Source: a phage. Taken from it: a DNA stretch of 64,000 nt. This document shows, piece by piece, positions 48,507 to 58,295 of this stretch. The stretch lies in sequence record OZ346187.1; one strand, written 5' to 3'. Within the stretch, counting starts at the first letter, position 1, and the number at the start of each line of letters is the position of its first letter. The position numbers and the translations under genes are program-made. Under the pieces are notes generated by a model, which was given only the letters and a program-made list of their open reading frames with translations, searched no databases and had not been told where the DNA came from.

Positions 48507-49645
48507 CAGATTGCTCCAACATTTCTAAGAACGTTAACAAGTTTTGTCTGGTCATTAAATGTCCGCTTCATATACAAACAGTCAAAAATTATACTCATCC
48601 ATTGACCTACGGAAATTCTACGATCAATACCATTGAAGTCAGTATACTTAACAACACCTTTCGGGAACCACTTCTTGTACTGATCAATAATAGCCACCCA
48701 CATCTCCTTTGGAGTGCTGCACTGAGACAGTAGGTAGAATGCTGAGGCATCCCCGAACTTACCCTTACCGATAAGTCCTTGATACGGCTTGATGTTGTCA
48801 GCAGAGTCACCACACAGCATTTGGTATCCGAAGAACAGCATCCCGTAACCGCCAACCTCTCCATTAGGCTTCATGAAGATGTTCCCCATACCGTTATCGA
48901 TCAGCATAGGGGTTTCCCTTACAAAATCTCCCTTATCGTTTCGCATGGGATCGAACACAAGCCCCGGTAGTGTTCTTTGGTCCTTATCAATAGAGATAAT
49001 AAACTTGTTGAACTTACCTGTTTTTTGGTAGTGGTTCCAACCTTCAAATTGCTGGATAGCTAACCAGTCGTCAGCCTCGATACCGTTGATCACTTGAGCA
49101 TTATACTGCTTTTGGAGATACTGTCTTGCATCTCCAAGCAGCAGTGGTCTAAGAGTATTGTTACGGTTGGCTTTATATCTTTCCGGCATGGGAAGATCTA
49201 GTCTGAAATTACCTGTGCCTCCAAGTACCCCCACGCACCGATCTTCCGGAATACCGAGATAATTAAGGACTGCATTAGCTTTACACTTAATTGTGTGCAA
49301 GCAGTTCTCTACAGGATCAGGGGTTTGGATATCCAAGACATCGAAATCTTCTCGTGTCCACGGAATAAACTCCTTGCCAGCCTTTTTACATGCAGCTTCA
49401 CGGTTGGTATTCTCAGCTTTTAACCAACCACCAACGGTGTTCTTCTGCCGCCCCCAGAACTCTGTTCGTGTTTTAAACATCTTCTTACGTCCGGAGGCTT
49501 TGTGTGTTACCTCAATTGTCCTTTTTTCACAACTTGCTGCAGCTTGATATGCAACCTGATCGAAGTCATAATAAACTATAGCGTCAGGTTCAAGAAGATC
49601 AGCTAGACAATCTATGGACTCAATAAGTGGATATTCTCTACTCAA
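48506..49645 (-). CDS. 5'-3' exonuclease / flap endonuclease
   Basis: YKANR motif and H3TH-like GDSADNIKPYQGLIGKGKFGD. Confidence 0.65.
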   Translation of the reverse strand: MSREYPLIESIDCLADLLEPDAIVYYDFDQVAYQAAASCEKRTIEVTHKASGRKKMFKTRTEFWGRQKNTVGGWLKAENTNREAACKKAGKEFIPWTREDFDVLDIQTPDPVENCLHTIKCKANAVLNYLGIPEDRCVGVLGGTGNFRLDLPMPERYKANRNNTLRPLLLGDARQYLQKQYNAQVINGIEADDWLAIQQFEGWNHYQKTGKFNKFIISIDKDQRTLPGLVFDPMRNDKGDFVRETPMLIDNGMGNIFMKPNGEVGGYGMLFFGYQMLCGDSADNIKPYQGLIGKGKFGDASAFYLLSQCSTPKEMWVAIIDQYKKWFPKGVVKYTDFNGIDRRISVGQWMSIIFDCLYMKRTFNDQTKLVNVLRNVGAI

Positions 49646-49946
49646 AGACCCTCCTGTTAGTTATTCTGCAAGATGGTTGGATGCTGTAATGAAATGCATC
49701 ATCACTCTCTGCAATAAGTGACTCAACATCCCAATACTTTTCAAAAAGGAACGGATTAGACCCCCAGTGGTGGGTTATTTTCATCAATGAGTCTGGTAGC
49801 AGATAGCCACAGATCTTAATTACATCACCAGGTTGAATTGTGTTTTCATAGAGGTTGCTTTCCTTCTTCAGAATAATACCTTTATGATTCTCGTTTGCAT
49901 ACAACTGGACAATATCTTTATCTTCAACAATAAAAATTTTAAGCAT
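49638..49946 (-). CDS. hypothetical protein
   Basis: 102-aa ORF. Confidence 0.4.
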   Translation of the reverse strand: MLKIFIVEDKDIVQLYANENHKGIILKKESNLYENTIQPGDVIKICGYLLPDSLMKITHHWGSNPFLFEKYWDVESLIAESDDAFHYSIQPSCRITNRRVFE

Positions 49947-50005
49947 GTCTAGTTCTCCTAGTTTATAAATATCTGACTGATAATATCAGATTAATAACAC
50001 TTTTG

Positions 50006-50302
50006 TCAAGACTTTTTAGTCTTTCTTGGAGAGCTTTTTGTTGATCTTTTCCTTTTGTGGTAGATTCCAAGTGCAGCGTTTTCTTGGGCGCACGTTTTAA
50101 CAGTTCTCAGAGAAGAACTTTCAGCTTTAGGCAGGTTTAACTCCCACCAACCGAGCCAGTAAAGTTCTGATTCCGACAGCTGCTCAGATTCAGCCTTCCG
50201 ATACAATGATTGCATACCTCTAATGATGTCGTCCAGAGGTGTATCGAATACAAAAGCTGTCTTATCAAATTTCTCTTTTACAGGTTTCTTAGCCATGCTC
50301 AC
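50006..50302 (-). CDS. hypothetical protein
   Basis: 98-aa ORF, basic C-terminus. Confidence 0.4.
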   Translation of the reverse strand: MSMAKKPVKEKFDKTAFVFDTPLDDIIRGMQSLYRKAESEQLSESELYWLGWWELNLPKAESSSLRTVKTCAQENAALGIYHKRKRSTKSSPRKTKKS

Positions 50303-51173
50303 CTCTCACACAATCATCCACTGACTTCATAAACTCTTGCACCCAAAGTGCCCCTATTTGAGGAACTATGGCGTTACCGAAGCCTTTGTGGCGAGACAAT
50401 CCCATTGGGGTGGATAGCCCATCAACCAACAAGGGAATGCCGGGTTCAGGAAGTTTACGCCATTTTCCGTCTCGGCATAGATACTGTCTTGTATGCTCCC
50501 ACACCCGTAATACATCCTCACCTGCTCCCACAGATTCCCAGGACTTAATGACTTCCTGCCAGTTGCTAAGCGTTGTTGCTTGCGCCTTTCCATCGCTTCC
50601 TGAGATCTGCACCCTACCTGAGTTACCGTAGGGGTTAACCACGTTGCTAACTGCCCCGAAGTAAAGTCGTTCGCGGCGGTGCGGGGCGTTGAGGATTGCA
50701 GCATTAAGTATGGAAGCCCCGAAGCTGTAACCAGCGTTTTCCATTTCATTCTGCATATCGTCGAGCCATCCGGATTCAATCGCTTTTGCAACCTGCTCTC
50801 CAAACATGAACTCAGGTTTAAGCTGTTTAACGAGCCGGAGGTATGTTGGTGCAAGATGTCTTGGGTCAAATTTTCCACGTTGCTTACCTGCTTGAGAGAA
50901 AGGTTGGCAGCACGGAGATCCTGTGCATACCGACCAAGTTTCTGGAATGCCAGCAAGTTTCAAGGCCAAAGGCCATCCACCTATACCAGCGAAGAAGTGC
51001 CACTGTGTGAAACCTCTAAGATCTTCTACAGTAACCTCTGTAATAGAACGATCATCCACCTCGCCTTGAGGAAGTAGTCCTAAAGATATTAGATTCTTCA
51101 ACCAAGCAACTGCATCTTTATCATTGTCATTGTAGTATACCACACTTAATTCTCCAAATACTGATGTATCCAA
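50289..51173 (-). CDS. cytosine-5 DNA methyltransferase
   Basis: Motif I FAGIGG, motif IV GSPCCQPFSQAG, motif VI-like FGEQV, motif VIII-like HRRERL, motif X-like GFGNAIV. Confidence 0.7.
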   Translation of the reverse strand: MDTSVFGELSVVYYNDNDKDAVAWLKNLISLGLLPQGEVDDRSITEVTVEDLRGFTQWHFFAGIGGWPLALKLAGIPETWSVCTGSPCCQPFSQAGKQRGKFDPRHLAPTYLRLVKQLKPEFMFGEQVAKAIESGWLDDMQNEMENAGYSFGASILNAAILNAPHRRERLYFGAVSNVVNPYGNSGRVQISGSDGKAQATTLSNWQEVIKSWESVGAGEDVLRVWEHTRQYLCRDGKWRKLPEPGIPLLVDGLSTPMGLSRHKGFGNAIVPQIGALWVQEFMKSVDDCVRGEHG

Positions 51174-51661
51174 GAAAAGTCAGTCTTCCATTCCGGAACC
51201 TTGCTAAGCTCCCGCCACTCTGCAAAGCAGTCTCGATAATAAGCCTCTGCCATGCCCTTGGTGATCTTATTCACCTTAGCCAACTGATTAACTGCCTGAG
51301 CATACTTTCCACGGATATTTGCTAACCCAGGGTGCACCGATGTGTGACAATCCGGGCACAACGCTATCAGTCCGACAAGACGGATCACTCCATCTTCGAA
51401 AGTGTAAAGTTCATGACACTCCACTGGGTGTTTGCTGCCCTTACCGCCGCACACCTCACAAGTGTAGTTGGCTTCTCTGTAGCACTTCTTACGGATCTTA
51501 TCCCACTCACTCTTCTTCACAGCGTTTCGGAGGTTATTATACCAAGCTGTTTCTGGGATCAGTTGCACAATAAGCCTGCGTTCAGACTTCATTAAACGTC
51601 CGTCTTCCACGTGTTCTCCCTCATTCAAAGAAATGGGTGCGAGGGCAGGAACCTGCCTCAC
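51146..51661 (-). CDS. zinc-binding protein, possibly HNH-like nuclease
   Basis: CEVCGG...ECHELY...LCPDCHTSVH cysteine/histidine pattern. Confidence 0.3.
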   Translation of the reverse strand: MRQVPALAPISLNEGEHVEDGRLMKSERRLIVQLIPETAWYNNLRNAVKKSEWDKIRKKCYREANYTCEVCGGKGSKHPVECHELYTFEDGVIRLVGLIALCPDCHTSVHPGLANIRGKYAQAVNQLAKVNKITKGMAEAYYRDCFAEWRELSKVPEWKTDFSWIHQYLEN

Positions 51662-51827
51662 CTTGTTTCACAAGCTCGTAGAGCTCACCTTGGCCTGTCT
51701 CATAAAGGCAAATACGTTTACCATTGTCCCGATATACATCGACAAGATACGCTGTTTCACCTGCAAACACGACACCACAGGCCAGACATGCTGTCATGAA
51801 CAAAATTGCCAACAGAAAATCTTTCAT
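51621..51827 (-). CDS. small putative lipoprotein
   Basis: Signal-like N-terminus with LAC lipobox-like motif (MKDFLLAILFMTACLACG); directly downstream of endolysin. Confidence 0.35.
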   Translation of the reverse strand: MKDFLLAILFMTACLACGVVFAGETAYLVDVYRDNGKRICLYETGQGELYELVKQGEAGSCPRTHFFE

Positions 51828-51890
51828 GGTTAAACCCTCCTAAACATTTTATGAGGTAACAATACCACGTCCGTGTGGTTATGTCAATGA

Positions 51891-52361
51891 TCAATCCAGG
51901 ACAACGCCACCTGCTTTTTTAAACACATCGATCAACTTCTCGATCTTCTGTTCATGCTGACCATATCCAGCACCAGGTAGCGAAGCCCAGCGGGAACGGC
52001 ATTTGTGGATAGCTTCGTGGATACGCCCTTCGTCAATGTCAGCGAGAGCCTTGCACTCACGGATCAGTTGCAACGCAATCTTGTCCTGACTGGCAGGGCC
52101 AAAATCTGGTAATCCTAGCTGCTTCATATAGTGTTTAGCGAACTTCTCCAAAACCTGGTAACGCCCAGCAGCGGAGGAGGTAAGTTTAGCATTTAGCTTA
52201 ACGTAAACACCGGGATGCTTGCTGTAATCGCTGAACAGCTTGCCACCGACTATGACATCGTATCCACGATCCTTGGTAGGTTGTCTACCATTATCTGTGC
52301 CTTCCGAATATGCGATCATATCCAAGAAAGCTTTTCGTTGAACATTTTTATCAAGTTTCAT
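51891..52361 (-). CDS. endolysin, lambda R-type lytic transglycosylase
   Basis: Near-collinear with lambda R: AFLDMIAYSEGTDNGRQPTKDRGYDVIVGG ... RYQVLEKF ... ASLPGAGYGQHE. Confidence 0.85.
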   Translation of the reverse strand: MKLDKNVQRKAFLDMIAYSEGTDNGRQPTKDRGYDVIVGGKLFSDYSKHPGVYVKLNAKLTSSAAGRYQVLEKFAKHYMKQLGLPDFGPASQDKIALQLIRECKALADIDEGRIHEAIHKCRSRWASLPGAGYGQHEQKIEKLIDVFKKAGGVVLD

Positions 52362-52485
52362 TTTTCATACTCTCCAGTTTACTCATAACTAACCCGATCA
52401 ACAACACTGCATAGTGTGGTTATGTAGGTGCCAATTGAAAAACCATCATTCAATTGACTACCGTTGCCTACTAAACCTTCCTACA

Positions 52486-53769
52486 TCATTCCAGCACCTC
52501 CCAAGTGTCTGGGTTAACATTCCGGACGCAGATACCGACAGGGAATTGGTAGTTGTTGTCTTCTGTCCTTGCTTGATATTTGAAGGTGACAAACTTGCCG
52601 ATCATTTCCTGCATTCTGTCATAGCTACGCTCCTCGTGCGTACCTTTCATCTTCATTTTAACAACAACACCTTCCTTGTCAACACAGATAAGAACACCTT
52701 CATCATTCTTATCTTTCTCAACGTCAATAACTTTCACCTCTGCGTCGTTGAACTTTTTCCATTTCAATGCTTCAGATGTTCGCTGACCATACTCATATTT
52801 ACCGCAGAAATTACGCATGATAGTACCTTCATATCCTTCGGACATGAATATACCAACAGATTCTTCGCAATGATCAACTGTGTACGCAAGCTCTGCGTCA
52901 ACAACCTTGATATGATCAAGCATCAGAGTGGTAACGGTATCCTCTGCATCCATAAGATCCTTGCAGCGTCCAGACTCTGTTTCTGGATCCCACCACACCT
53001 TGTCGCTAGGAATATCAAAAATGTGATACTCCAGATCGTAGCTACAGTATCCACCGTAACGCAAATCATCACGAACAGGCTCAACATCGACAGGAATATC
53101 TACCTTGTTGAAGTTTTTGTATGTTGATAAGCCTGCCTTAATTGCTGCATGACGGCGTTTTTTATCTGCCTCATAGTCTTTATCGATCTCGGCCTGAATC
53201 TCTTCCTGTGTGCGCCACCGTTTAGCAAGAGACACTATTTTCTGCAAAGGAAGACCATGAATGTATAGTTCCCCATCAAGTTGTTTAATCCCAGTGGTAG
53301 AATGGAAAGAACGAAGTTGCTCTAAAAGCTTTCCTTGAATAGGGTAGGACTTATTACCACGGGAAATAAATTTAGGCTCACCATTTTGGAAAACAACAAG
53401 CAGACGAAGGCCATCTAACTTACGCAAGATCCAGCAAGGTAATTTAAGTGCCTTGCCACGCTTCAGGTAGTCATGCACCAGCATAGGTAAAAGATCAACA
53501 CCCTGCTCGCAATCTTCCATGTTTTCAACATACCCCAGACGGACTTGTTTTTCCCACTTGCTGATAGCCTCAAGCTCGGCCTGTTGCTCAGCTGTAGTCT
53601 CGTTGGCACGACCTACGTTTTTAGGTGTGCATACCGTCTCTTTGTACTGCAATTTACCGTCAAGCTTGCCAAACTCTACGATAACCTTTTCGCCATCAGT
53701 GAATACTTTCCACTGTTGGTAGCTGCCATCTTTGTTCAGTGCGTACAGTGTTGTTTTGATTTGATGCAT
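52486..53769 (-). CDS. ATP-dependent DNA ligase
   Basis: Nucleotidyltransferase motif I KLDGLR (KxDGxR); 427 aa. Confidence 0.65.
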   Translation of the reverse strand: MHQIKTTLYALNKDGSYQQWKVFTDGEKVIVEFGKLDGKLQYKETVCTPKNVGRANETTAEQQAELEAISKWEKQVRLGYVENMEDCEQGVDLLPMLVHDYLKRGKALKLPCWILRKLDGLRLLVVFQNGEPKFISRGNKSYPIQGKLLEQLRSFHSTTGIKQLDGELYIHGLPLQKIVSLAKRWRTQEEIQAEIDKDYEADKKRRHAAIKAGLSTYKNFNKVDIPVDVEPVRDDLRYGGYCSYDLEYHIFDIPSDKVWWDPETESGRCKDLMDAEDTVTTLMLDHIKVVDAELAYTVDHCEESVGIFMSEGYEGTIMRNFCGKYEYGQRTSEALKWKKFNDAEVKVIDVEKDKNDEGVLICVDKEGVVVKMKMKGTHEERSYDRMQEMIGKFVTFKYQARTEDNNYQFPVGICVRNVNPDTWEVLE

Positions 53770-54038
53770 TACTCGGCCTCTTCCTTAAAAATTTTAAACA
53801 TCTCTTCTTTACTCATTACCAACCAGTCTCCCATAAAGTCAACTAACCAATCTCCCTGGTACAAAACCAAGTTGCCAAACGGCTCAACAAGCTCACACAT
53901 GCGACGAATATCTCTGGTCCGAACAGGTGACGATGTAAACACACCTGTATCAATCCACCGTTGCAGATCAGATACTGATGAAGAGCTTCCATCAAACTGG
54001 TGTGCTTCTACAGGTTTAGCAAGATTAAATAACGGCAT
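53769..54038 (-). CDS. hypothetical protein
   Basis: 89-aa ORF. Confidence 0.4.
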   Translation of the reverse strand: MPLFNLAKPVEAHQFDGSSSSVSDLQRWIDTGVFTSSPVRTRDIRRMCELVEPFGNLVLYQGDWLVDFMGDWLVMSKEEMFKIFKEEAE

Positions 54039-54333
54039 TGCAGTCCTCCTTCTGTAGTAGGTCTTTTATAGGATAAACAAGTAAGTGTGGATCGGAATAA
54101 CGTATAGTCCTATTCTGCCATACTATGAACTTTATTACAACCAAATTTACAATATCTTTATCACCATGTAGCCCAACACACACATTTGTCCATATTTTGT
54201 GGTTGAAGATCTTGCTATCGATGTAGATTTTAGTGTCAAACTTATCTTCCATTCTACCTATAAGTTTGATCAGCTCCTTCATCTGGTCGCCAAACACAGC
54301 ATCTTTTTCAAGATCTCTGGAATGCTTGTACAT
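54025..54333 (-). CDS. hypothetical protein
   Basis: 102-aa ORF. Confidence 0.4.
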   Translation of the reverse strand: MYKHSRDLEKDAVFGDQMKELIKLIGRMEDKFDTKIYIDSKIFNHKIWTNVCVGLHGDKDIVNLVVIKFIVWQNRTIRYSDPHLLVYPIKDLLQKEDCNAVI

Positions 54334-54395
54334 AACTAACTACCTCACTGCATACTTTCCATAATAAGTAAAGCCGGGTAATCCCGGCTATGTTG

Positions 54396-55109
54396 TTAAA
54401 TATACTCTGTTACATCCTTGAAGCTCGAAGGCTTCATAATCTTACCTTTACTGTCAAGGAATATAATAGCTTTATTACCGTTGTAGAACTCCTCTTTAGC
54501 AACGAAACCTTCGTAGCGACCACCAAAACGACGCTCAAGATCTTCAATCTCTAACTCTATGAGCAATTCAGTAGACATATCTGCACTGGCACCGTGAGAA
54601 TATCGTAGATGGTTGATCCGTGCAAACTTGCTGTCATTAGATTTGAGAACCTTCCGCATCATCCCACACACATCGCCGCGAAGCTGGAACAGCAAAGCTG
54701 TTGACAACTCCGCTAAGCGGTAAGCTGACGCTCTTTGCTTGGATGTGTTTTTCGCAGCGATCAGTGTATCATAGAACTCACCGATCTTGAACTTAAGACC
54801 TCGTGGATTATCAAACAGGTTTGACCACTTTTCGTGATTATCATTAACAAGATAAGCGGCATAACTTGTGACAACGTGAAGATCGCAGGCCTCTTTTAGC
54901 AGGTGATCTCCACCATCACCTTTCTCCAGCTCTTCCAAAACCTCATTGAACTCTTCCTCAATGAAGCTAAGCTGTAATTCGAATGGTGTGTATGATTTTT
55001 TCACTTTAGCTGCCACACGGTTCCAGTTTTCCACCCAGTTGGCAGACCAAAGGTAGTTTTCAGGCTGAGACAGTTTTTCCAGGTTGTCGATCAGTTTAGT
55101 ATTCAGCAT
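54396..55109 (-). CDS. putative MazG-like nucleotide pyrophosphohydrolase
   Basis: EEEFNEVLEELEKGDGGDHLLKEACDLHVV resembles the MazG EExxE...E..D metal-binding helix pair. Confidence 0.35.
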   Translation of the reverse strand: MLNTKLIDNLEKLSQPENYLWSANWVENWNRVAAKVKKSYTPFELQLSFIEEEFNEVLEELEKGDGGDHLLKEACDLHVVTSYAAYLVNDNHEKWSNLFDNPRGLKFKIGEFYDTLIAAKNTSKQRASAYRLAELSTALLFQLRGDVCGMMRKVLKSNDSKFARINHLRYSHGASADMSTELLIELEIEDLERRFGGRYEGFVAKEEFYNGNKAIIFLDSKGKIMKPSSFKDVTEYI

Positions 55110-55122
55110 TGAAGGTCTCCTT

Positions 55123-55884
55123 TTAAAGTTCCATAAAGTTTTCTACAGTTTCAATAAATGCTTTATCAGAGAAAGCGTCAACAGCACCGTTAAACCATAC
55201 AGGGATCCCGCGATCCTCATATTGATAAAGGTCGCTACGTGAAATGCCACTTCCATCTGCACTCTGCGAGTCATACTTGTTTACAATCAGCAGTTTTGTG
55301 CCTTTACAAGTAGCAGGAAACAATTCCCAGTTAAAATTAATAACTGTGTTAGAACAACCTACTAGGATCACCATATCATTGCTTGTGAGAGATGTCAACA
55401 GGTCATACATGTCTGTATACTTAGGAGCAACCTCACCGAAGAACACTACATTGGGCTTAACCCAGGTATACTTGCCTGTATCTACCTCCGTGTATCCGAT
55501 ATTTTTAATTACATCATTACCTTCAGCATCTTCGTAGGTGATTTCAGGCAAATACCCGTGGACATGTAAAATATCTTCATGTTTTACACCAGCACGCTCC
55601 AGCAAATCATCTACATTGGTGGTAAGGTTGATCACACGACCAGACCAGCGGGAATACCACTCAGCGATCCGAAGATGTGCAAGGTTAGGATCAACACTGC
55701 CCAGAGCTACACGACGTGCATTGTAAAAGTCATGCACCTTATAGTAATTCTTGGCAAAGGTGTGAATGTTGCACACCTCATCGATGCTGAAATTCTCCCA
55801 CATTGCAGTGCTACCAGATCGGAAAGTGGGAATACCAGATTCAGCGCTCAAACCAGCACCGGAGATAATAATCAGTCGTCGCAT
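55123..55884 (-). CDS. Sir2-like NAD-dependent enzyme lacking the zinc ribbon
   Basis: GAGLSAESGIPTFRSG, TTNVDDLLERAG, HVHGY sirtuin motifs; no CxxC...CxxC zinc module. Confidence 0.7.
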   Translation of the reverse strand: MRRLIIISGAGLSAESGIPTFRSGSTAMWENFSIDEVCNIHTFAKNYYKVHDFYNARRVALGSVDPNLAHLRIAEWYSRWSGRVINLTTNVDDLLERAGVKHEDILHVHGYLPEITYEDAEGNDVIKNIGYTEVDTGKYTWVKPNVVFFGEVAPKYTDMYDLLTSLTSNDMVILVGCSNTVINFNWELFPATCKGTKLLIVNKYDSQSADGSGISRSDLYQYEDRGIPVWFNGAVDAFSDKAFIETVENFMEL

Positions 55885-55892
55885 AAGTGTCC

Positions 55893-56243
55893 TCAGTAGA
55901 TGTTTTGTTTAATCTCTATTCCAAACTTCTTGAATGAGTCAGCAGCAAGCATAAATTTACGAGCTGCCGATGGATTAGAAGTATGCACGAAAATAATCAC
56001 GTTGTCAATAAGTGGTGGCTTTCCGAATACAAGTTTCTCCTCTAGCGCAGAGAAGCAGTCGTACCCTTCAAGCACTTCACCTAGATCATTGTCAAAATAC
56101 CACTCAGATACGCGTCTGTAGAGCTTTCTCTTATCATTAAGAAAATCCATAAACTCAGAAGAATTCTTTAGCCACAGAGCGTCTGGGAGTCCATAATCTG
56201 ACGGATCTCTAAAATCATCAAGCCACACAATCCACTTCTTCAT
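55893..56243 (-). CDS. hypothetical protein
   Basis: 116-aa ORF between Sir2-like and RNA-ligase-like genes. Confidence 0.4.
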   Translation of the reverse strand: MKKWIVWLDDFRDPSDYGLPDALWLKNSSEFMDFLNDKRKLYRRVSEWYFDNDLGEVLEGYDCFSALEEKLVFGKPPLIDNVIIFVHTSNPSAARKFMLAADSFKKFGIEIKQNIY

Positions 56244-57175
56244 TGCATATAGTCCTCGTTGTGGAAATAGTAGTCCAGTATCTCACGACGCTCCTGCTCT
56301 AATAAGCAATTCCACACATCTTCTGTATAGTTGCTACGAATAAATTTTACCATACCGTAAAACTCTTCGTCAACACGTTTAAAGATATCATCATCCCAAA
56401 TCTTCCAAGCTTTACCCCTCATTACTGCCTTCTGTGCCAGATAGTATGGAGACTTGATCTTCAGCTGCAGATCATAAGGGTAGTAAGGCTTACGAATCAT
56501 ATACCCTTCACCTCTTGTTTCTGCAGCTAATTCTTTTGCATAGCTGAACGGAATTTCACGCACAGTGTTAGGACGTTTTGCACCAAGGTATTTGGCAATC
56601 CCATCTAAAGCTGCTTCTGGTAGCATTATTCCAGAATCATTATATCTGCAACCTATCAAATATGCGCCATGGTCTTCTTGAACAATATGCGGATCTGAAG
56701 GGTGACAAATTTCAAACATGAATGTCATGTTTTCATTGCCCATAACCTTCTTGATAAGATCTAAATTACCACATTGCTCTTGGATGGTTTCCTTTGCAAG
56801 GTTACAATATGGAGAATCAAGAGACCCGGTTGTTGAGAACAATAGGTCACCTTTATGAGATGATACCACACCAAGGAATCCGTTCTTTTTCTCTACCGCA
56901 GTCACAAGCTTATTGTCAGGCAGGTTGGTGGAGTTTTCTCCCAAGTTAAACACTTTTGTGAAGGGCCATGCCACAACATTTCCTTCATTACCTACAACAA
57001 TGCCTCGGCACTCCAGTAAACGAGGGGACAAATGCCATAAATTGTTGTAAAATACTTTTCTAGCATATTTATAGATCTTTAACCCGAGATCTGGGTAATA
57101 CCTACTGGTTGCAAGACCTTTGTCAACTAGGTCGTCTGCATTAAAATACTTCATTATATGTTCCTCATTTGTCAT
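56240..57175 (-). CDS. putative RNA ligase (Rnl1-like nucleotidyltransferase)
   Basis: Motif I-like EKKNG, motif IV-like EGYMIR, motif V-like LKIKSP; likely start is the second Met (57154) after a GAGGAA RBS. Confidence 0.45.
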   Translation of the reverse strand: MTNEEHIMKYFNADDLVDKGLATSRYYPDLGLKIYKYARKVFYNNLWHLSPRLLECRGIVVGNEGNVVAWPFTKVFNLGENSTNLPDNKLVTAVEKKNGFLGVVSSHKGDLLFSTTGSLDSPYCNLAKETIQEQCGNLDLIKKVMGNENMTFMFEICHPSDPHIVQEDHGAYLIGCRYNDSGIMLPEAALDGIAKYLGAKRPNTVREIPFSYAKELAAETRGEGYMIRKPYYPYDLQLKIKSPYYLAQKAVMRGKAWKIWDDDIFKRVDEEFYGMVKFIRSNYTEDVWNCLLEQERREILDYYFHNEDYMQ

Positions 57176-57218
57176 TTTGTCAGTCTATCCTGCCACACAA
57201 ATAACTTAGTGTCAACAC

Positions 57219-57247
57219 TTGAAATTAACAAAACAGTTAGGTATACT
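57219..57247 (+). promoter_or_regulatory. sigma70-type promoter
   Basis: TTGAAA, 17-bp spacer, TATACT. Confidence 0.45.
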
Positions 57248-57275
57248 ACCGTTGAAATTAAAACGGAGGGTCGCT

Positions 57276-57686
57276 ATGTCTAAAATGCTATATATCGTGC
57301 GTGGTCTACCAGGGTCTGGCAAATCAACACTGGCAAATGCGCTATCTTTAGAGGGTCTGTATCCACATTTTGAGAACGACATGTTCTGGTATGACGATGA
57401 CGGCAATTACAACTGGGATGCAAGTAAAGTAACACTCGCAGCAAAATGGTGCAAAGATAACGTAGAAGATATGATGCGTATGGGATACGACCGTATCGTG
57501 GTAAGTAATACGTTTACAAAAGAAAAACATGTGCAGGAATATGTTGACATGGCAATCACTCATGGGTATAGTTATACCGTGATCGTGGTTGAAAACCGCC
57601 ACGGCAATAAAAGCATTCATGATGTTCCAGACAAGGTTGTGGATCGTATGGAACGCCAGCTTAAAAACTGCATTAAACTTAAATGA
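57276..57686 (+). CDS. P-loop kinase, polynucleotide-kinase-like
   Basis: Walker A GLPGSGKST; ATG at 57276 after ACGGAGGG; ORF track 57219-57686. Confidence 0.5.
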   Translation: MSKMLYIVRGLPGSGKSTLANALSLEGLYPHFENDMFWYDDDGNYNWDASKVTLAAKWCKDNVEDMMRMGYDRIVVSNTFTKEKHVQEYVDMAITHGYSYTVIVVENRHGNKSIHDVPDKVVDRMERQLKNCIKLK

Positions 57687-57693
57687 GGAATGT

Positions 57694-58248
57694 ATGAAAT
57701 ACTTTGTAACAAGCGACACACACTTTCTCCACCAGCGGGTCATGGAGTTTGATTCATGTCAAAAACACAGATCTCAGTATGATCACAATCTTGACAGTAT
57801 GAATGCGGGAATCATCACCAAGTGGAACTCTGTTGTGTCACCTGCAGACACTGTGTTCCACTTGGGAGATATTGCATGCACTAATGATAAGAATATCAAC
57901 AAATTGCTCCCAGATATTCTAAATATGTTGAACGGACATATTATTCTTGTTCGTGGCAACCATGACACAAGGACGACTGTCAAAATTATGAAAGAGTTCG
58001 GTCATGAGGTTGTAGATTATTACGAGCTTCGCCACAACAAGAATTTGATCTGTATGAGCCATTACCAGTTTGCAAAGTGGAACAGAAAGCCTCACGGATC
58101 AGTCCAACTGTTCGGTCATGCTCACGGAACCACACAACAGTTGTTTGGCAGGCAGCTTGATGTCGGTTGGGATGTGTGGGGGAGACTCTTACCATTAGAA
58201 GAGGCATACCGTATTGCAATGAGTTTTGATATTGACAGCAGGGAGTAA
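57694..58248 (+). CDS. calcineurin-like metallophosphoesterase
   Basis: SDTHF, GDI, GNHD metallophosphatase motifs; ATG at 57694 after GAGGAA; ORF track 57589-58248. Confidence 0.6.
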   Translation: MKYFVTSDTHFLHQRVMEFDSCQKHRSQYDHNLDSMNAGIITKWNSVVSPADTVFHLGDIACTNDKNINKLLPDILNMLNGHIILVRGNHDTRTTVKIMKEFGHEVVDYYELRHNKNLICMSHYQFAKWNRKPHGSVQLFGHAHGTTQQLFGRQLDVGWDVWGRLLPLEEAYRIAMSFDIDSRE

Positions 58249-58295
58249 TCCCTGCTATTTTAAAGAAAATTGCCACACAAGGAGAATCAGGAGAT

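Noticed and set aside
50366-50956. 196-aa minus-strand ORF in an alternative frame of the C5 methyltransferase
   Set aside because: Same strand, different frame from a gene with a complete C5-methyltransferase motif set; judged spurious
52414-53127. 237-aa plus-strand ORF overlapping the DNA ligase gene
   Set aside because: Antisense to the ligase, which has a clear KxDGxR motif; no RBS or motifs
57176-57215. Minus-strand promoter for the RNA ligase gene
   Set aside because: TTGACA is present on the minus strand but the best -10 at 17-bp spacing (CAGGAT) is poor; left unannotated
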